DNA from: Candidatus Krumholzibacteriia bacterium
GTDB taxonomy: Bacteria; Krumholzibacteriota; Krumholzibacteriia; LZORAL124-64-63
Assembly (NCBI GenBank): GCA_050174015.1
Contig: JBFXKG010000006.1
Coordinates: forward strand, 128,001-192,000
Length of the DNA stretch: 64,000 bases
Direction: 5' to 3'
Shown here one piece after another: positions 29,664 through 40,765 of the stretch. The position numbers and the translations under genes were made by a program. Each line of letters begins with the position of its first letter. Positions within the stretch are counted from its first letter, which is position 1. The notes beneath the pieces were generated by a model. That model saw only the letters and a program-made list of their open reading frames with translations, was not told where the DNA came from and did not search any database.

Positions 29664-29794
29664 TTAATTCATTGCAAAAAAACGACTTGTACGATCGGAC
29701 GAAGGGGGTGAACACACGGCCGGATCCGGGACTATCAACAATTTTTACAACCAGGAGGACCATCCACGCAAGTCATTGAAAAATAATGAATTAA
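29664..29794. promoter_or_regulatory. Inverted pair of the 26-bp motif CAAGTC-N10-AATGAATTAA plus a central IHF-like site
   Basis: One copy on the minus strand at 29664-29689 and one on the plus strand at 29769-29794. TATCAACAATTTT near 29733-29745 resembles WATCAANNNNTTR. Confidence 0.55.
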
Positions 29795-29846
29795 CTGATA
29801 AAATAATATTACAGAAGGGGGCGGGCAAAACCCGGGAGTTTACAGA

Positions 29847-32800
29847 TCAGCGGTCCAGGCCGAAATGGCGGATCTTCTTGAGAAGATTCGGGTAGCTGAT
29901 CTTCAGCATCCGGGCGGTGGCCGATTTGTTGCCCTCGTTGACCCGCAGGGCGCGGGCGATCTCCTGGCACTCGATGCCGGCGAGGGTCTCCTTGAGGGGA
30001 GGGACGGCGCTGCCTGCGCCGGTCGCCTGCAATCCGGAAGGGATGAAACCGTCGGGCAGGTGCTCCCCGCGCAGGGCGCGATCGCCCCTGGCCAGGACGA
30101 TGGCCCGCTTGAGGACCTTTTCCAGTTCACGGACGTTGCCGGGCCAATCATGACCCTGGAGCATCTGCAGGAAGGCCCGATCGATCTCGGGGGCATCCAT
30201 GTCCATCTCGTGGCTGAAACGTTCCACGAAATGCCTGGCCAGCAAGCCGATATCGTCCACCCGTTCCCTGAGAGGCGGAATGAGCAGGGGGAAGTCCAGG
30301 AGCCGGTAGTAGAGGTCCTCCAGGAAGAGCCCTTGCCGGGACATTTCATGGAGATCGCTCTTGGACGCGCAGAGGACCCGGACGTCGACGGCGAACTCGA
30401 CGTTTGAGCCGACGGGCCGGACCACCTTGGTGTCGAGGAAGTGCAGCAGCTTGCCCTGCATGCCCAGGCTCATCTTCCCCACTTCGTCGAGAAAGACGGT
30501 CCCGCCCTCGGCTTCGGCCAGGAGCCCCCGCTTGTCGCTGTAGGCCCCGGTGAAGCTACCCTTCTTGTGTCCGAACAGTTCGCTTTCGAGCAGCGATTCG
30601 GGAATGGCCGCGCAATTGATGGCCAGGAATTTCCTGTCCGCCCGCTTGCTGAGGGCGTGGATGGAATAGGCCAGCAGACCCTTGCCGGTGCCCGTCTCAC
30701 CGTTCAGCAGGACGGTCAGGTTGCTGGGCGCCACCTTGCGCGCGAGCCCGAGAACATCGAGCATCTTGGCGTTCTGGGTGATGATGTTCTCGAAGCTCTC
30801 GACCCGTTCGATGGGCGTCGCCTCGGCGGCATCCCCGTTGCCCCTGCCCTTCTCGTGGAGGAAGAGGGCGAGGAAACCCATGTAGGTGGCCAGGAAATCG
30901 AGCGAGCTGCGGTCGAAGCCCGGAGTTCCGGCGACCCCACCCTGCCGGTTGGCCAGAAAGAGCAGCCCGAACCGGCGCTCATGCAGGGCGATGGGCATGA
31001 AGACGCAGGATTCCGCCTCGCCGATCACCGCGGGGACCTCGCGGACCAGCGGGTTCGCAGCGTCGAGCCTGGAAAAGAGGGTGGTTCCTTCGCGGTTTCC
31101 CGTCGCCAGTTCCCGGTCGAACCAGCGGGTCAGCTGCAGGCAAAGGTTCTCGGTCAGGCCGTGCCTGGCTGCGATGGTGGTCCGCCCCGCCTCGTCGTCC
31201 CCGTCGACCATGGCGATGAAACCCGAATCCGCCTGGACCTTCTCCAGCCCGGCCGTCAGCACCGATCCGAGATTCCTGGGCACCGACTGGTCGGAACGGG
31301 CGTACAGTCCAGGAAGGGCGGACAGGGCTCCCAGATGACTCTGGGTGCGGGTCACTCCCCCCAGCAAGCCGCTCTCGATGGTGTCGCGCAGGTCGACCAC
31401 GGACTTGTCCAGGTCCGCATCATCAAAACCGGCCGCGTAACGCTCGAGCTCGAACACGGTCAACAAGGCGTCGTCGAACTGCTCGAGCCGGATCTGGACC
31501 AGACCCAGGCTCCTCAGCACCCGGCAGAGCATCTGGTCGCTGACCGAGGATGCGCCGTTCTCCTGGGCGTCCATGAGGTATCGCCGCAGCAACAGGAGTT
31601 CGGCCTCCTGGGCGCTCGCCAGGCGGTACTCGGCGAAATCCAGGATGGCCTGGCACCAGAGGTGGGTCAGTCCCTGCTCACTGAAGACCGCGATGGCCTG
31701 GCGGAAATGATGGTCGGACTGGGTCCGGTCGTCCATGCGGGCGTAGGCGCGGCCCATGGTCAGGTGACAGAAACCGACCTCGTAGGCTTCGCCGCACTTC
31801 TCGCAGACGGCGATGGAGGCCTGGCTGAACGCCACGGCCTGGTCGAGGTCCCCGGACTGCAGGTGGGCCTCGCCCATGCGTCTCAGGATTTCGCCCTCGA
31901 GATCGTTGCCCGAGGCGATCCGCTTCGACTTCTCCAGACCGATCTGGTAGTTGTAGAGGGCCTTGTCCCAGTCACCCCGGCCGAGAATGACGTCACCGAG
32001 GTACTCGTCCGCGATGGTCGCTTCGCGGAGGAAGCCGTTCTCCTCGGCGTGGGCCTTGCCGTCGAGGAGGAGTTCCTCGGCCCGGGCCAGGCGCCCCGAC
32101 AGGGTCTCGAGGCGGCCCATGGCCAGAAGCAGGCGGGTCCGGCGCATCCTGTCGCCCAGACTCGTCGCCAGGCGCAGACCCTTGTCCAGCTGGGCGCGGG
32201 ACTCGCCGAGCCGGTTGGTCTTCTGCAGGATGATCCCCTTGTTCAGGTAGAACCCGGGCAGGAGGTGGCTGGCCCCGATGGTGTGGGCCAGTTCCACGGC
32301 CCGGTCCATCAGGTCGAGGGCCTTGTCCCACCGGCAGCGGATCTTGTTCAGGAGCGCCAGGTTGTTCAACAGGTTGGCCACGCCCAGGTCGTTGCCGATA
32401 CGCCGGAAGGTGGAGAGCCCGTCGTTGTAGAATTCCTCGGCCTTGGCCAGACGCCCCAGCCGCATGTAGCAGATCCCCATGCCGACCTGGAGGACCGCGA
32501 CGTCCGCATGCAGATCGGTCATGGCCAGGATGGCGAAGGCCTTCTTGGACAGGTTCAGGGCGTCGTTGAGGCGCCCCCGTTCACGCAGGGCGATCGCGCG
32601 CCGGGTCTGGAAGATGGCGCGATTGACCGCGCTGAGGTCGGGATCGGCGAGCTGGCCGGTGACCGCGAGAATCTCATCGGCCCGATCGAGCAGGAGATCG
32701 ACCTGATTGAAGTCACCGACCAGGATGGTGGAATCCACGCTCTTGCGCAGGACGCGCAGGGCCTGCTCGACGGGCATCTGGCCCAGGACGGCTGAATCGT

Positions 32801-32969
32801 AGAGCTGGCGGTAGTAATCGAGGGCTGAGGAATAGGCGGACGCGTGGAAGTGAAGGTCCCCGACCTCTTCCAGGCGGCCCCAGTCCGCGGCATTCAACGG
32901 GCGCAGAAGCTTGGAGCGATCTGCACCGGATTCCCATTGACCTTCGAATCGGTCTCGCATCAACCGCAT
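29847..32969 (-). CDS. Sigma-54-dependent activator (bEBP): TPR array + GAF + AAA+ + HTH
   Basis: About 500 aa of TPR-like helical repeats; GAF-like segment (SCVFMPIALHERRFGLLFLAN); [53 protein letters not shown]; Fis-type HTH. Confidence 0.92.
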   Translation of the reverse strand: MRLMRDRFEGQWESGADRSKLLRPLNAADWGRLEEVGDLHFHASAYSSALDYYRQLYDSAVLGQMPVEQALRVLRKSVDSTILVGDFNQVDLLLDRADEILAVTGQLADPDLSAVNRAIFQTRRAIALRERGRLNDALNLSKKAFAILAMTDLHADVAVLQVGMGICYMRLGRLAKAEEFYNDGLSTFRRIGNDLGVANLLNNLALLNKIRCRWDKALDLMDRAVELAHTIGASHLLPGFYLNKGIILQKTNRLGESRAQLDKGLRLATSLGDRMRRTRLLLAMGRLETLSGRLARAEELLLDGKAHAEENGFLREATIADEYLGDVILGRGDWDKALYNYQIGLEKSKRIASGNDLEGEILRRMGEAHLQSGDLDQAVAFSQASIAVCEKCGEAYEVGFCHLTMGRAYARMDDRTQSDHHFRQAIAVFSEQGLTHLWCQAILDFAEYRLASAQEAELLLLRRYLMDAQENGASSVSDQMLCRVLRSLGLVQIRLEQFDDALLTVFELERYAAGFDDADLDKSVVDLRDTIESGLLGGVTRTQSHLGALSALPGLYARSDQSVPRNLGSVLTAGLEKVQADSGFIAMVDGDDEAGRTTIAARHGLTENLCLQLTRWFDRELATGNREGTTLFSRLDAANPLVREVPAVIGEAESCVFMPIALHERRFGLLFLANRQGGVAGTPGFDRSSLDFLATYMGFLALFLHEKGRGNGDAAEATPIERVESFENIITQNAKMLDVLGLARKVAPSNLTVLLNGETGTGKGLLAYSIHALSKRADRKFLAINCAAIPESLLESELFGHKKGSFTGAYSDKRGLLAEAEGGTVFLDEVGKMSLGMQGKLLHFLDTKVVRPVGSNVEFAVDVRVLCASKSDLHEMSRQGLFLEDLYYRLLDFPLLIPPLRERVDDIGLLARHFVERFSHEMDMDAPEIDRAFLQMLQGHDWPGNVRELEKVLKRAIVLARGDRALRGEHLPDGFIPSGLQATGAGSAVPPLKETLAGIECQEIARALRVNEGNKSATARMLKISYPNLLKKIRHFGLDR

Positions 32970-33041
32970 CCCTTGGCGAGGAAGTGGATCGGTTATTCTG
33001 GTCTCACGCTCGTCCCGAGCCCATCGGCCCCAATGTTCTTC

Positions 33042-33359
33042 TCAAGGCGCCAGGTTGAGTCGCAGGAGCAGTTGGAGCAGGATTTCCAGGAAATCCAGGT
33101 CCACGCCGTCGCAACCCTGGTTGTCCAGACTGAACCGGTCATCGTCGAAGCCCAGCCCGTCACCCGCGTCCCCGGGGTCCCCCTCGGAGCCGTCGCCGGA
33201 GGTTCCCGAAACCTCCAGGACCTGGCCGCCGGAACCGCCAATGGTTTCGTTGGAACTGGATCCCGGACCACCGGATGGCTGATCGGTGGCCGCCATGAGA
33301 GCGTCGGGACCGACGCTCCACATGATCAGAAGACCCAATAGTAGAAGGACCCTTTTCAT
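33042..33359 (-). CDS. Small secreted Gly/Asp/Ser-rich protein (105 aa)
   Basis: GAGGAG RBS; signal peptide MKRVLLLLGLLIMWSVGPDALMA; acidic core EGDPGDAGDGLG; hydrophobic C-terminus FLEILLQLLLRLNLAP. Confidence 0.75.
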   Translation of the reverse strand: MKRVLLLLGLLIMWSVGPDALMAATDQPSGGPGSSSNETIGGSGGQVLEVSGTSGDGSEGDPGDAGDGLGFDDDRFSLDNQGCDGVDLDFLEILLQLLLRLNLAP

Positions 33360-33476
33360 GGCCGTCTCCTCTAACGAAACTTCCCGTCGGCTGAACGGGT
33401 CTTCCCCTGCCATCCTTGCCCCAAGGGGAAAGACCTGATTCTATGTTCATTTTATTACGGAAATTATCCCCAACCG

Positions 33477-34841
<1,365 letters not shown>

Positions 34842-34990
34842 GCTGGCCCCTCTTGGTGGCGGAGGAAAACCGGTCTTGCCGCGGGCGACTCCCGCCGTGA
34901 CATTGTGGGCTGGTCCCGTCCCTGGCCACAGGATGCACTTGACCGGACGGGGGTGTCAAGAATGGCACCCGGAGCCGTGGAGAGTCGAAC

Positions 34991-36058
34991 GTGTTGAAAC
35001 CGCTGCTGCATTCCCTTGTTCCCGAGGAACTGGAGGACGCGGTCGCCGCCGCCGGCCAGCCGGCCTGGCGCGGCCGCCAGCTCCGGGACTGGCTCCATCG
35101 CCATCCCGTGGAGGACTGGGCGGCCATGTCCAACGTTCCGGGCCCCCTCCGCCGGGCCCTGGCCGAAAAGTACGATCTGTGGGGCCTGGTCCCCACGGAA
35201 CGGCAGGTCTCCCGGGACGGGACGCGCAAGTTCCTGTTCACCCTGCGGGACGGCGCCACGGTCGAGAGCGTGATCATACCCATGAACGACCACGTGACCT
35301 TCTGCATCTCGTCCCAGGTCGGCTGCGCCATGGCCTGCCGGTTCTGCGCCACCGCCCGCGGCGGTCTGGTGCGGAACCTCGAACCCGGGGAGATCGTCCA
35401 GCAGGTCCTCCAGCTCCTCGCGGACCTCCGGGATGAACCGATGGCCGGCATGGGCGATCGGCAACCCAACGTCGTGTTCATGGGCATGGGCGAACCCCTG
35501 GACAACTTCCCGGCGGTGGAGCGGAGCCTCCGGATCATGCAGCACGAGGGGGGCCTCGGCATTTCCCGCAGGCGCATCAGGATCTCGACCAGCGGACCCG
35601 GGGAGGGTCTGGAGATGCTGCTGGGATCGGACCTGCAGGTCGGCCTGACCCTGAGCATCGGGGGCAGCGACGACCAGGAACGCCGGCGCATCATGCCCGT
35701 GCCCGGTCGGACGTCCCTGGCCCGAGCCGTGGACCTGGCCGCGGAATACGCCGCCCGGGTGCGGCGCCGGACGACCGTCGCCTGGGTCATGATCGAGGGC
35801 AGGACCGACGAACCGGAACAGGCCCGCCGCATCGCGGCCCTTCTCGCCGGCCGCCCCTTCAAGGTCAACCTGATCCCCCTGAATCCCCTGGACGACGACA
35901 AGCTCGCGTCCCCGCCGTTCCAGAAGATCCTGGCCTTCCAGTCCATCCTCAAGGATGCGGGCGTGGACACCTTCATCCGGGCCAGCGGGGGCCAGGACAT
36001 CGCCGCAGCCTGCGGACAGCTCAGGCGCCGGCGATCGACGGTCGATCCGAGCAAGTAA
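34991..36058 (+). CDS. rlmN: 23S rRNA (A2503-C2)/tRNA methyltransferase RlmN
   Basis: CISSQVGCAMACRFC (radical SAM), MGMGEP, NLIPLNP, DIAAACGQL. Confidence 0.93.
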   Translation: MLKPLLHSLVPEELEDAVAAAGQPAWRGRQLRDWLHRHPVEDWAAMSNVPGPLRRALAEKYDLWGLVPTERQVSRDGTRKFLFTLRDGATVESVIIPMNDHVTFCISSQVGCAMACRFCATARGGLVRNLEPGEIVQQVLQLLADLRDEPMAGMGDRQPNVVFMGMGEPLDNFPAVERSLRIMQHEGGLGISRRRIRISTSGPGEGLEMLLGSDLQVGLTLSIGGSDDQERRRIMPVPGRTSLARAVDLAAEYAARVRRRTTVAWVMIEGRTDEPEQARRIAALLAGRPFKVNLIPLNPLDDDKLASPPFQKILAFQSILKDAGVDTFIRASGGQDIAAACGQLRRRRSTVDPSK

Positions 36059-36088
36059 AAGAGCCCTCCCCACGTCGGGGGAGGGCTC
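36057..36088 (-). terminator. Intrinsic terminator between convergent rlmN and rrf2
   Basis: GAGCCCTCCCC/GGGGAGGGCTC stem followed by TTTT on the minus strand. Confidence 0.75.
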
Positions 36089-36111
36089 CGGAATTCCAGC
36101 GAACAGGCTCG

Positions 36112-36510
36112 TCAGATGACGTCGGCCAGGTTGGTCTGATCCAGGGCGCCGACCAGGGCGTCCTGGGCCCTCCTCCAGACGTCGGCCACCTGGCAGGTGT
36201 CCGCGTCCTTGCAGGGATCGACCTTCCGCAGGCAGTGATTGAGGGCGATGCCGCCTTCGCAGACTTCCACGATCTCCCTCAAGGAGATCTCGGCCGCGGG
36301 CTTGCCGAGACTGAAGCCCCCCTTGACCCCCCGGTGGGACTTCACGATCCCCGCCTGGGCCAGCATCTGGAAGATCTTGGCCAGGAATGCCTCCGAAACC
36401 TCGCAGGATCCCGCGATGACCTTCAACTGGACCGGGGCGTCCTGTTCCCTGCGGGCCAGTTCCTGTAGACCGCGGATGGCGTATTCGGTCTGCCTGGTGA
36501 TTTGCATCAT
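36112..36510 (-). CDS. Rrf2 family transcriptional regulator with three Cys (probable Fe-S)
   Basis: ITRQTEYAIR, FLAKIFQML, SHRGVKGGFSL, C-x6-C-x5-C. Confidence 0.92.
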   Translation of the reverse strand: MMQITRQTEYAIRGLQELARREQDAPVQLKVIAGSCEVSEAFLAKIFQMLAQAGIVKSHRGVKGGFSLGKPAAEISLREIVEVCEGGIALNHCLRKVDPCKDADTCQVADVWRRAQDALVGALDQTNLADVI

Positions 36511-36585
36511 GGCGCGTTACCCCTAATGGTCGAGGAGGGTTCTTGGCGTGTACCTTGTTGAAAAATGGTATGCTGGAAACAAATG

Positions 36586-37821
36586 TCAACCTCCCGCCTT
36601 TATTCCGCAGGCCAGGATCTTGGCGGCCATCCGGGAGAGGGGCGGCGTGGCCGGATCCCCCTGGCGGCCGACCCCTCGAACGCGGCTCCCAGCGTATACC
36701 GGAAATAAAGCACCTGTTAAGTCTTTTTTTGCGTCCTCGGGGTCATGATCACCCAGGGTCGGCAGATCCAGGACGTGGACCCTGATCCCCAGTCGATGGC
36801 GGGTGATGGTGTGCGTCACCGTCCCCGCGGCAGCAAAGGTTCCGGCCGGGATGGGAGGCAACCCCAGGGAGGCGAGGTAGGGTCCCCACACCTGCGCGGG
36901 GTCCCAGGCGACCTTTTCATCCTCCCTGAACCAGGCGGTGGTGGGCGGCCCCCGGAACCCCCGGTTCAAGCTGCTGAAATCGGAACGGAAGACCTCCGCT
37001 CCGCGCGGAGCCATCCCGGCCGGGGGCGCCCCGGAGGGAACGAGCAGGACGGCGTCCCCCGCTCTGAGGACAAGCGCGGCCAGCATGATCCGGATGGAGC
37101 CGGGCCTGGATGCGGCCGCCGGCACCTGGTCCGCCCGGCCGCCCTGGCCGGCCCGGCAGTGGCCGAGGACCGGGCATTCCCTGCACCGCGGACTGCGGGC
37201 GGTGCAGAACGAGGAGCCCAGGTCCATGATCGCCTCGTTCCAATCCCCGGGGCGGTCCTCATCCACGAGTTCCTCCGACAGGGCCCGCAGGTCCCGCGGG
37301 GAGATCCCGTCCGCTTCGAGGGGCTCGGCGCAGACCCAGCGCAGCAGGACCCTCCTGGCGTTGGCGTCCACCGCGGGGACCCGCTCCCCCAGGGCCATGC
37401 TTGCGATGGCCCCGGCGGCGTAGTCCCCGATCCCGGGCAGGCTCGCCCACTCCTCGGCGGAGTCGGGCAGGACTCCGCCGCGCTCCCGGACCACGACCCC
37501 TGCGGCCTGGTGCAGCAGGCGGGCGCGGCGGTAGTATCCCAGGCCCGACCACAGGGCGAGGACCTCGTCCTCCGACGCGGCGGCCAGGGCCGCGGGATCG
37601 GGAAACCTCTCCAGGAACGCCAGGAAGTAGGGCCTCACCGCGGCGACGGTGGTCTGCTGGAGCATGATCTCGGAGATCCAGGTGCGGTACGGGGTGCGGC
37701 CCCGTCGCCACGGCAGGTCCCTGCCGTTGCGGTCGAACCAGGCCAACAGGTCACGACGCAGGGCCGGGAAGTCGAGGCCGCGGCAAGGGCTGAGCCTGCC
37801 TGTCGAGTCGGATCCGGTCAT
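36586..37821 (-). CDS. mutY: A/G-specific adenine glycosylase
   Basis: RDLPWR, WISEIMLQQT, WSGLGYYRRAR, LPGIG, VDANARRV, C-x6-C-x2-C-x5-C; divergent C-terminal domain. Confidence 0.9.
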   Translation of the reverse strand: MTGSDSTGRLSPCRGLDFPALRRDLLAWFDRNGRDLPWRRGRTPYRTWISEIMLQQTTVAAVRPYFLAFLERFPDPAALAAASEDEVLALWSGLGYYRRARLLHQAAGVVVRERGGVLPDSAEEWASLPGIGDYAAGAIASMALGERVPAVDANARRVLLRWVCAEPLEADGISPRDLRALSEELVDEDRPGDWNEAIMDLGSSFCTARSPRCRECPVLGHCRAGQGGRADQVPAAASRPGSIRIMLAALVLRAGDAVLLVPSGAPPAGMAPRGAEVFRSDFSSLNRGFRGPPTTAWFREDEKVAWDPAQVWGPYLASLGLPPIPAGTFAAAGTVTHTITRHRLGIRVHVLDLPTLGDHDPEDAKKDLTGALFPVYAGSRVRGVGRQGDPATPPLSRMAAKILACGIKAGG

Positions 37822-37978
37822 TCCCGTCCTCTCATGGGTGATTGACAAATCCGGCCCGGCCGGGTAAGCATGGCGGGCACTGGTTTCCCGGGAAAGCAAA
37901 GCTGGCCAGCCCGGCGACCGCATTCGCCGCGCCCGCCACCCCGACGGCCGCCCCAAACCCCAGACCGCGGAGATTCCC

Positions 37979-39790
37979 ATGTCCATCCAGACCATCCCCG
38001 AATTGTTCCTGGCCGCCGTCCGGGAATTTCCCCGCCCGGACTGTTTCTCCTACCGGGACCGGGGCGGCCAGTTCGTGGACGTCTCCAGCGAGGAAGCCCT
38101 CCGCCGGGTCAAGGCCCTGAGGATGGGCCTGAAATCCCTGGGCCTGAAGGTCGGTGACAGGGTCGCACTGCTCTCGGAAAACCGCCTGGAATGGGCTCTG
38201 GCGGATCTGGGCAGCCAGTGCGCAGGCGGGATCACCGTGCCGATCTACCCGACCCTGATGCCGGACACCATCGAGTACATCCTCAAGGACGCCGAACCCG
38301 CGGCCATCTTCGTCAGCAATGAGGAGCAGGCCCGCAAGATCCACTCCCTGAGGGCGAATCTTCCCTTCCTGCGCGAGGTGATCTCCTTCGAATCCACCGC
38401 CCTGCCCGACATGATGACCTTCGCCAAACTCCTGCAGATCGGTCAGAATCTCCTGGACCAGAATCCGCCCCCCCCCTCGGACGAATGCGAGCACGTGGAC
38501 AAGGACAGCCCCTGCAGCATCATCTACACCTCGGGGACGACGGGCAATCCCAAGGGGGTCGTGCTGAGCCACTGGAATTTCGTGTCGAACGTCCTGGCCA
38601 TCCGCAGCATCATCGAGTTCCTGCCCGACGACCGCTGCCTCTCCTTCCTGCCCCTGAGCCACGTCCTGGAAAGGATGGCGGGGTTCTACAGCACGCTGAG
38701 CGCGGGGGTCGGCATCGCCTACGCCGAGCGAATGGACACCGTCCCGGTGGACATCCTGGACGTCAAGCCCAGCATCCTGATCAGCGTGCCCAGGCTGTAC
38801 GAGAAAATCTACGCCAAGGCCATCGCCACCGCCATGGCTGCCGGATTCCCCAAGAAGAACATCTTCTTCTGGGCGCGCCGGCTGGGCATCGACGCCGCCG
38901 AGGCCAGGGCCGCCGGCCGCACCCTCGGCGGCTGGCAGGCCTTCCAGTACAAGGTGGCCGACGCCCTCGTCTTCAAGAAGCTGAGGGCGAAACTCGGAGG
39001 GCGGGTGCGGTTCATGGTCTCCGGGGGCGCCCCGCTGAACGACCGGATCAACAAGTTCTTCAACGGCGCCGGCCTGACCATCCTCGAGGGCTACGGCCTG
39101 ACCGAGACCTCCCCCGTACTCACCTGCAACAACTTCGGCGCCCAGCGGTTCGGCAGCGTCGGCAGGGCCATCCCCGACACGGAGATCCGGATTGCCGAGG
39201 ACGGCGAAATCCTCGCCCGGGGGCCCCAGGTCATGCTCGGCTACTACAAGAACGAGGCCGCCACCCGGGAGGTTCTCGCGACCGACGGCTGGTTCGCCAC
39301 CGGGGACATCGGCCACCTGGACGGGGACGGCTACCTTTTCATCACCGACCGCAAGAAGGACCTGATCGTGACCGCCGGCGGCAAGAACATCGCGCCGCAA
39401 CCCATCGAGAACGCCTTCGTCGCCAACCGCTACGTGTCCCAGGCCGTCATCATCGGCGATCGCCGGCAGTTCCTTTCCGCCCTCATCGTTCCCGATTTCA
39501 CGACCCTGCGCGACCACACCTCGTCCCGGGGGATCGACCTGAGCGGGGACGCCGACCTCATCCGCCATCCCGAGGTGATCGCGCTGTTCGACGACGTCGT
39601 CAAGGAGCAGAACCGCAACCTCCCCGGCTTCAGCCAGGTCAAGAAGTTCAGCCTGCTGGACCGGGAGTTCACCCTCGAGGGCGGGGAACTCACCCCCACG
39701 CTGAAGGTCAAGCGGTTCGCCATCGCCAAGAAGTACGCGAAGATCATCGACGCCATGTACCCCGGCGACCCTGACCGCGATGCCGACTGA
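37979..39790 (+). CDS. Long-chain-fatty-acid--CoA ligase
   Basis: IIYTSGTTGNPKGV, FLPLSHVLER, EGYGLTE, TGDIG, ITDRKKDLIVTAGGKNIAPQPIE, ELTPTLKVKR. Confidence 0.93.
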   Translation: MSIQTIPELFLAAVREFPRPDCFSYRDRGGQFVDVSSEEALRRVKALRMGLKSLGLKVGDRVALLSENRLEWALADLGSQCAGGITVPIYPTLMPDTIEYILKDAEPAAIFVSNEEQARKIHSLRANLPFLREVISFESTALPDMMTFAKLLQIGQNLLDQNPPPPSDECEHVDKDSPCSIIYTSGTTGNPKGVVLSHWNFVSNVLAIRSIIEFLPDDRCLSFLPLSHVLERMAGFYSTLSAGVGIAYAERMDTVPVDILDVKPSILISVPRLYEKIYAKAIATAMAAGFPKKNIFFWARRLGIDAAEARAAGRTLGGWQAFQYKVADALVFKKLRAKLGGRVRFMVSGGAPLNDRINKFFNGAGLTILEGYGLTETSPVLTCNNFGAQRFGSVGRAIPDTEIRIAEDGEILARGPQVMLGYYKNEAATREVLATDGWFATGDIGHLDGDGYLFITDRKKDLIVTAGGKNIAPQPIENAFVANRYVSQAVIIGDRRQFLSALIVPDFTTLRDHTSSRGIDLSGDADLIRHPEVIALFDDVVKEQNRNLPGFSQVKKFSLLDREFTLEGGELTPTLKVKRFAIAKKYAKIIDAMYPGDPDRDAD

Positions 39791-39814
39791 GGGAAGTGAA
39801 GCTGCGGCGCTGAC

Positions 39815-40765
39815 ATGAGTACCACCGGCGAGGCGAAGCGGGCCTGGGTATTCCGGCCCTTCGGCTGCACCGTCATCGGGTTGGCGGGCAATGCGGTCCT
39901 GTCGGCTGGCAAACTCGTCGTCGGCCTGGTCGCAGGTTCCACCGCCCTGGTCGCCGACGCCTTCCACAGCATCGCCGACGTGCTGAGCGACATCGGCATC
40001 CTGCTGGCCCTCAAGGCCGCCAACCGCCCCCCGGACGCCAACCATCCCTACGGCCACCACAGCTTCGAGACCCTCGGCGCCGTCCTGGTGGCCGCGTTCA
40101 TGCTCCTGACCGCCTTCTTCATCGGGCGCAGCGCCGTCACCGACGTCCTCGCGGGCCGGCACGCCGCTCCCGACCTGATCGCCCTGTGGGCCTCGCTGGT
40201 CTCGGTGGCCGCCAAGGAGGTCATGGCGCGGTACACCATCCTTGTCGGCCGCCGGCACCACAGCCCCGCCCTGCTGGCCAACGGCGCCATGCATCGCAGC
40301 GACGCCATCAGTTCCGTGGCGGCAGCCGTCGGCATCGGGGGGGCCGTCGTCGGCTGGCCCATCCTCGACAGCATCGCCGCCTTGGTGATCGCCCTGTTCA
40401 TCACGAAGATGGGCTGGGATCTGCTGCGCGAGAACGTGATGGTCCTGCTGGACACCATGCCCGATGCGGCCCTGGTGGAGGCCATCGCCAGATCGGCCGA
40501 CGGGGTCGAATGCGTCCAGGAGGTCAGGGACCTGAAGGTCCGCCAGCGGGGATCATGGTACCTGGCCGACCTGCGGATCGCCATCCACCCCCTCCACACC
40601 ATCGAGACGGCGCACGACATCGCCCACCGGGTCGAGGACGAGGTGAGGACCGGGGTTCCCCACGTGGCCCGGGTCTTCGTCCACGTCGAACCGGGAGACG
40701 GTTCGGAGGAACACCGCTGCCCCCGGCTCACTCCCGATCGGCGCGATCACCCAGAACGACCGTGA
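39815..40765 (+). CDS. Cation diffusion facilitator (FieF-like) transporter
   Basis: ADAFHSIAD, PPDANHPYGH, HRSD, C-terminal ZT dimer domain (AHDIAH, VHVEP). Confidence 0.92.
   Translation: MSTTGEAKRAWVFRPFGCTVIGLAGNAVLSAGKLVVGLVAGSTALVADAFHSIADVLSDIGILLALKAANRPPDANHPYGHHSFETLGAVLVAAFMLLTAFFIGRSAVTDVLAGRHAAPDLIALWASLVSVAAKEVMARYTILVGRRHHSPALLANGAMHRSDAISSVAAAVGIGGAVVGWPILDSIAALVIALFITKMGWDLLRENVMVLLDTMPDAALVEAIARSADGVECVQEVRDLKVRQRGSWYLADLRIAIHPLHTIETAHDIAHRVEDEVRTGVPHVARVFVHVEPGDGSEEHRCPRLTPDRRDHPERP

Noticed and set aside
34939..34959. TTGAC-N11-GTCAA inverted repeat between the response regulator and rlmN
   Set aside because: Could be two back-to-back -35 elements. No well-spaced -10 box or other support was found.
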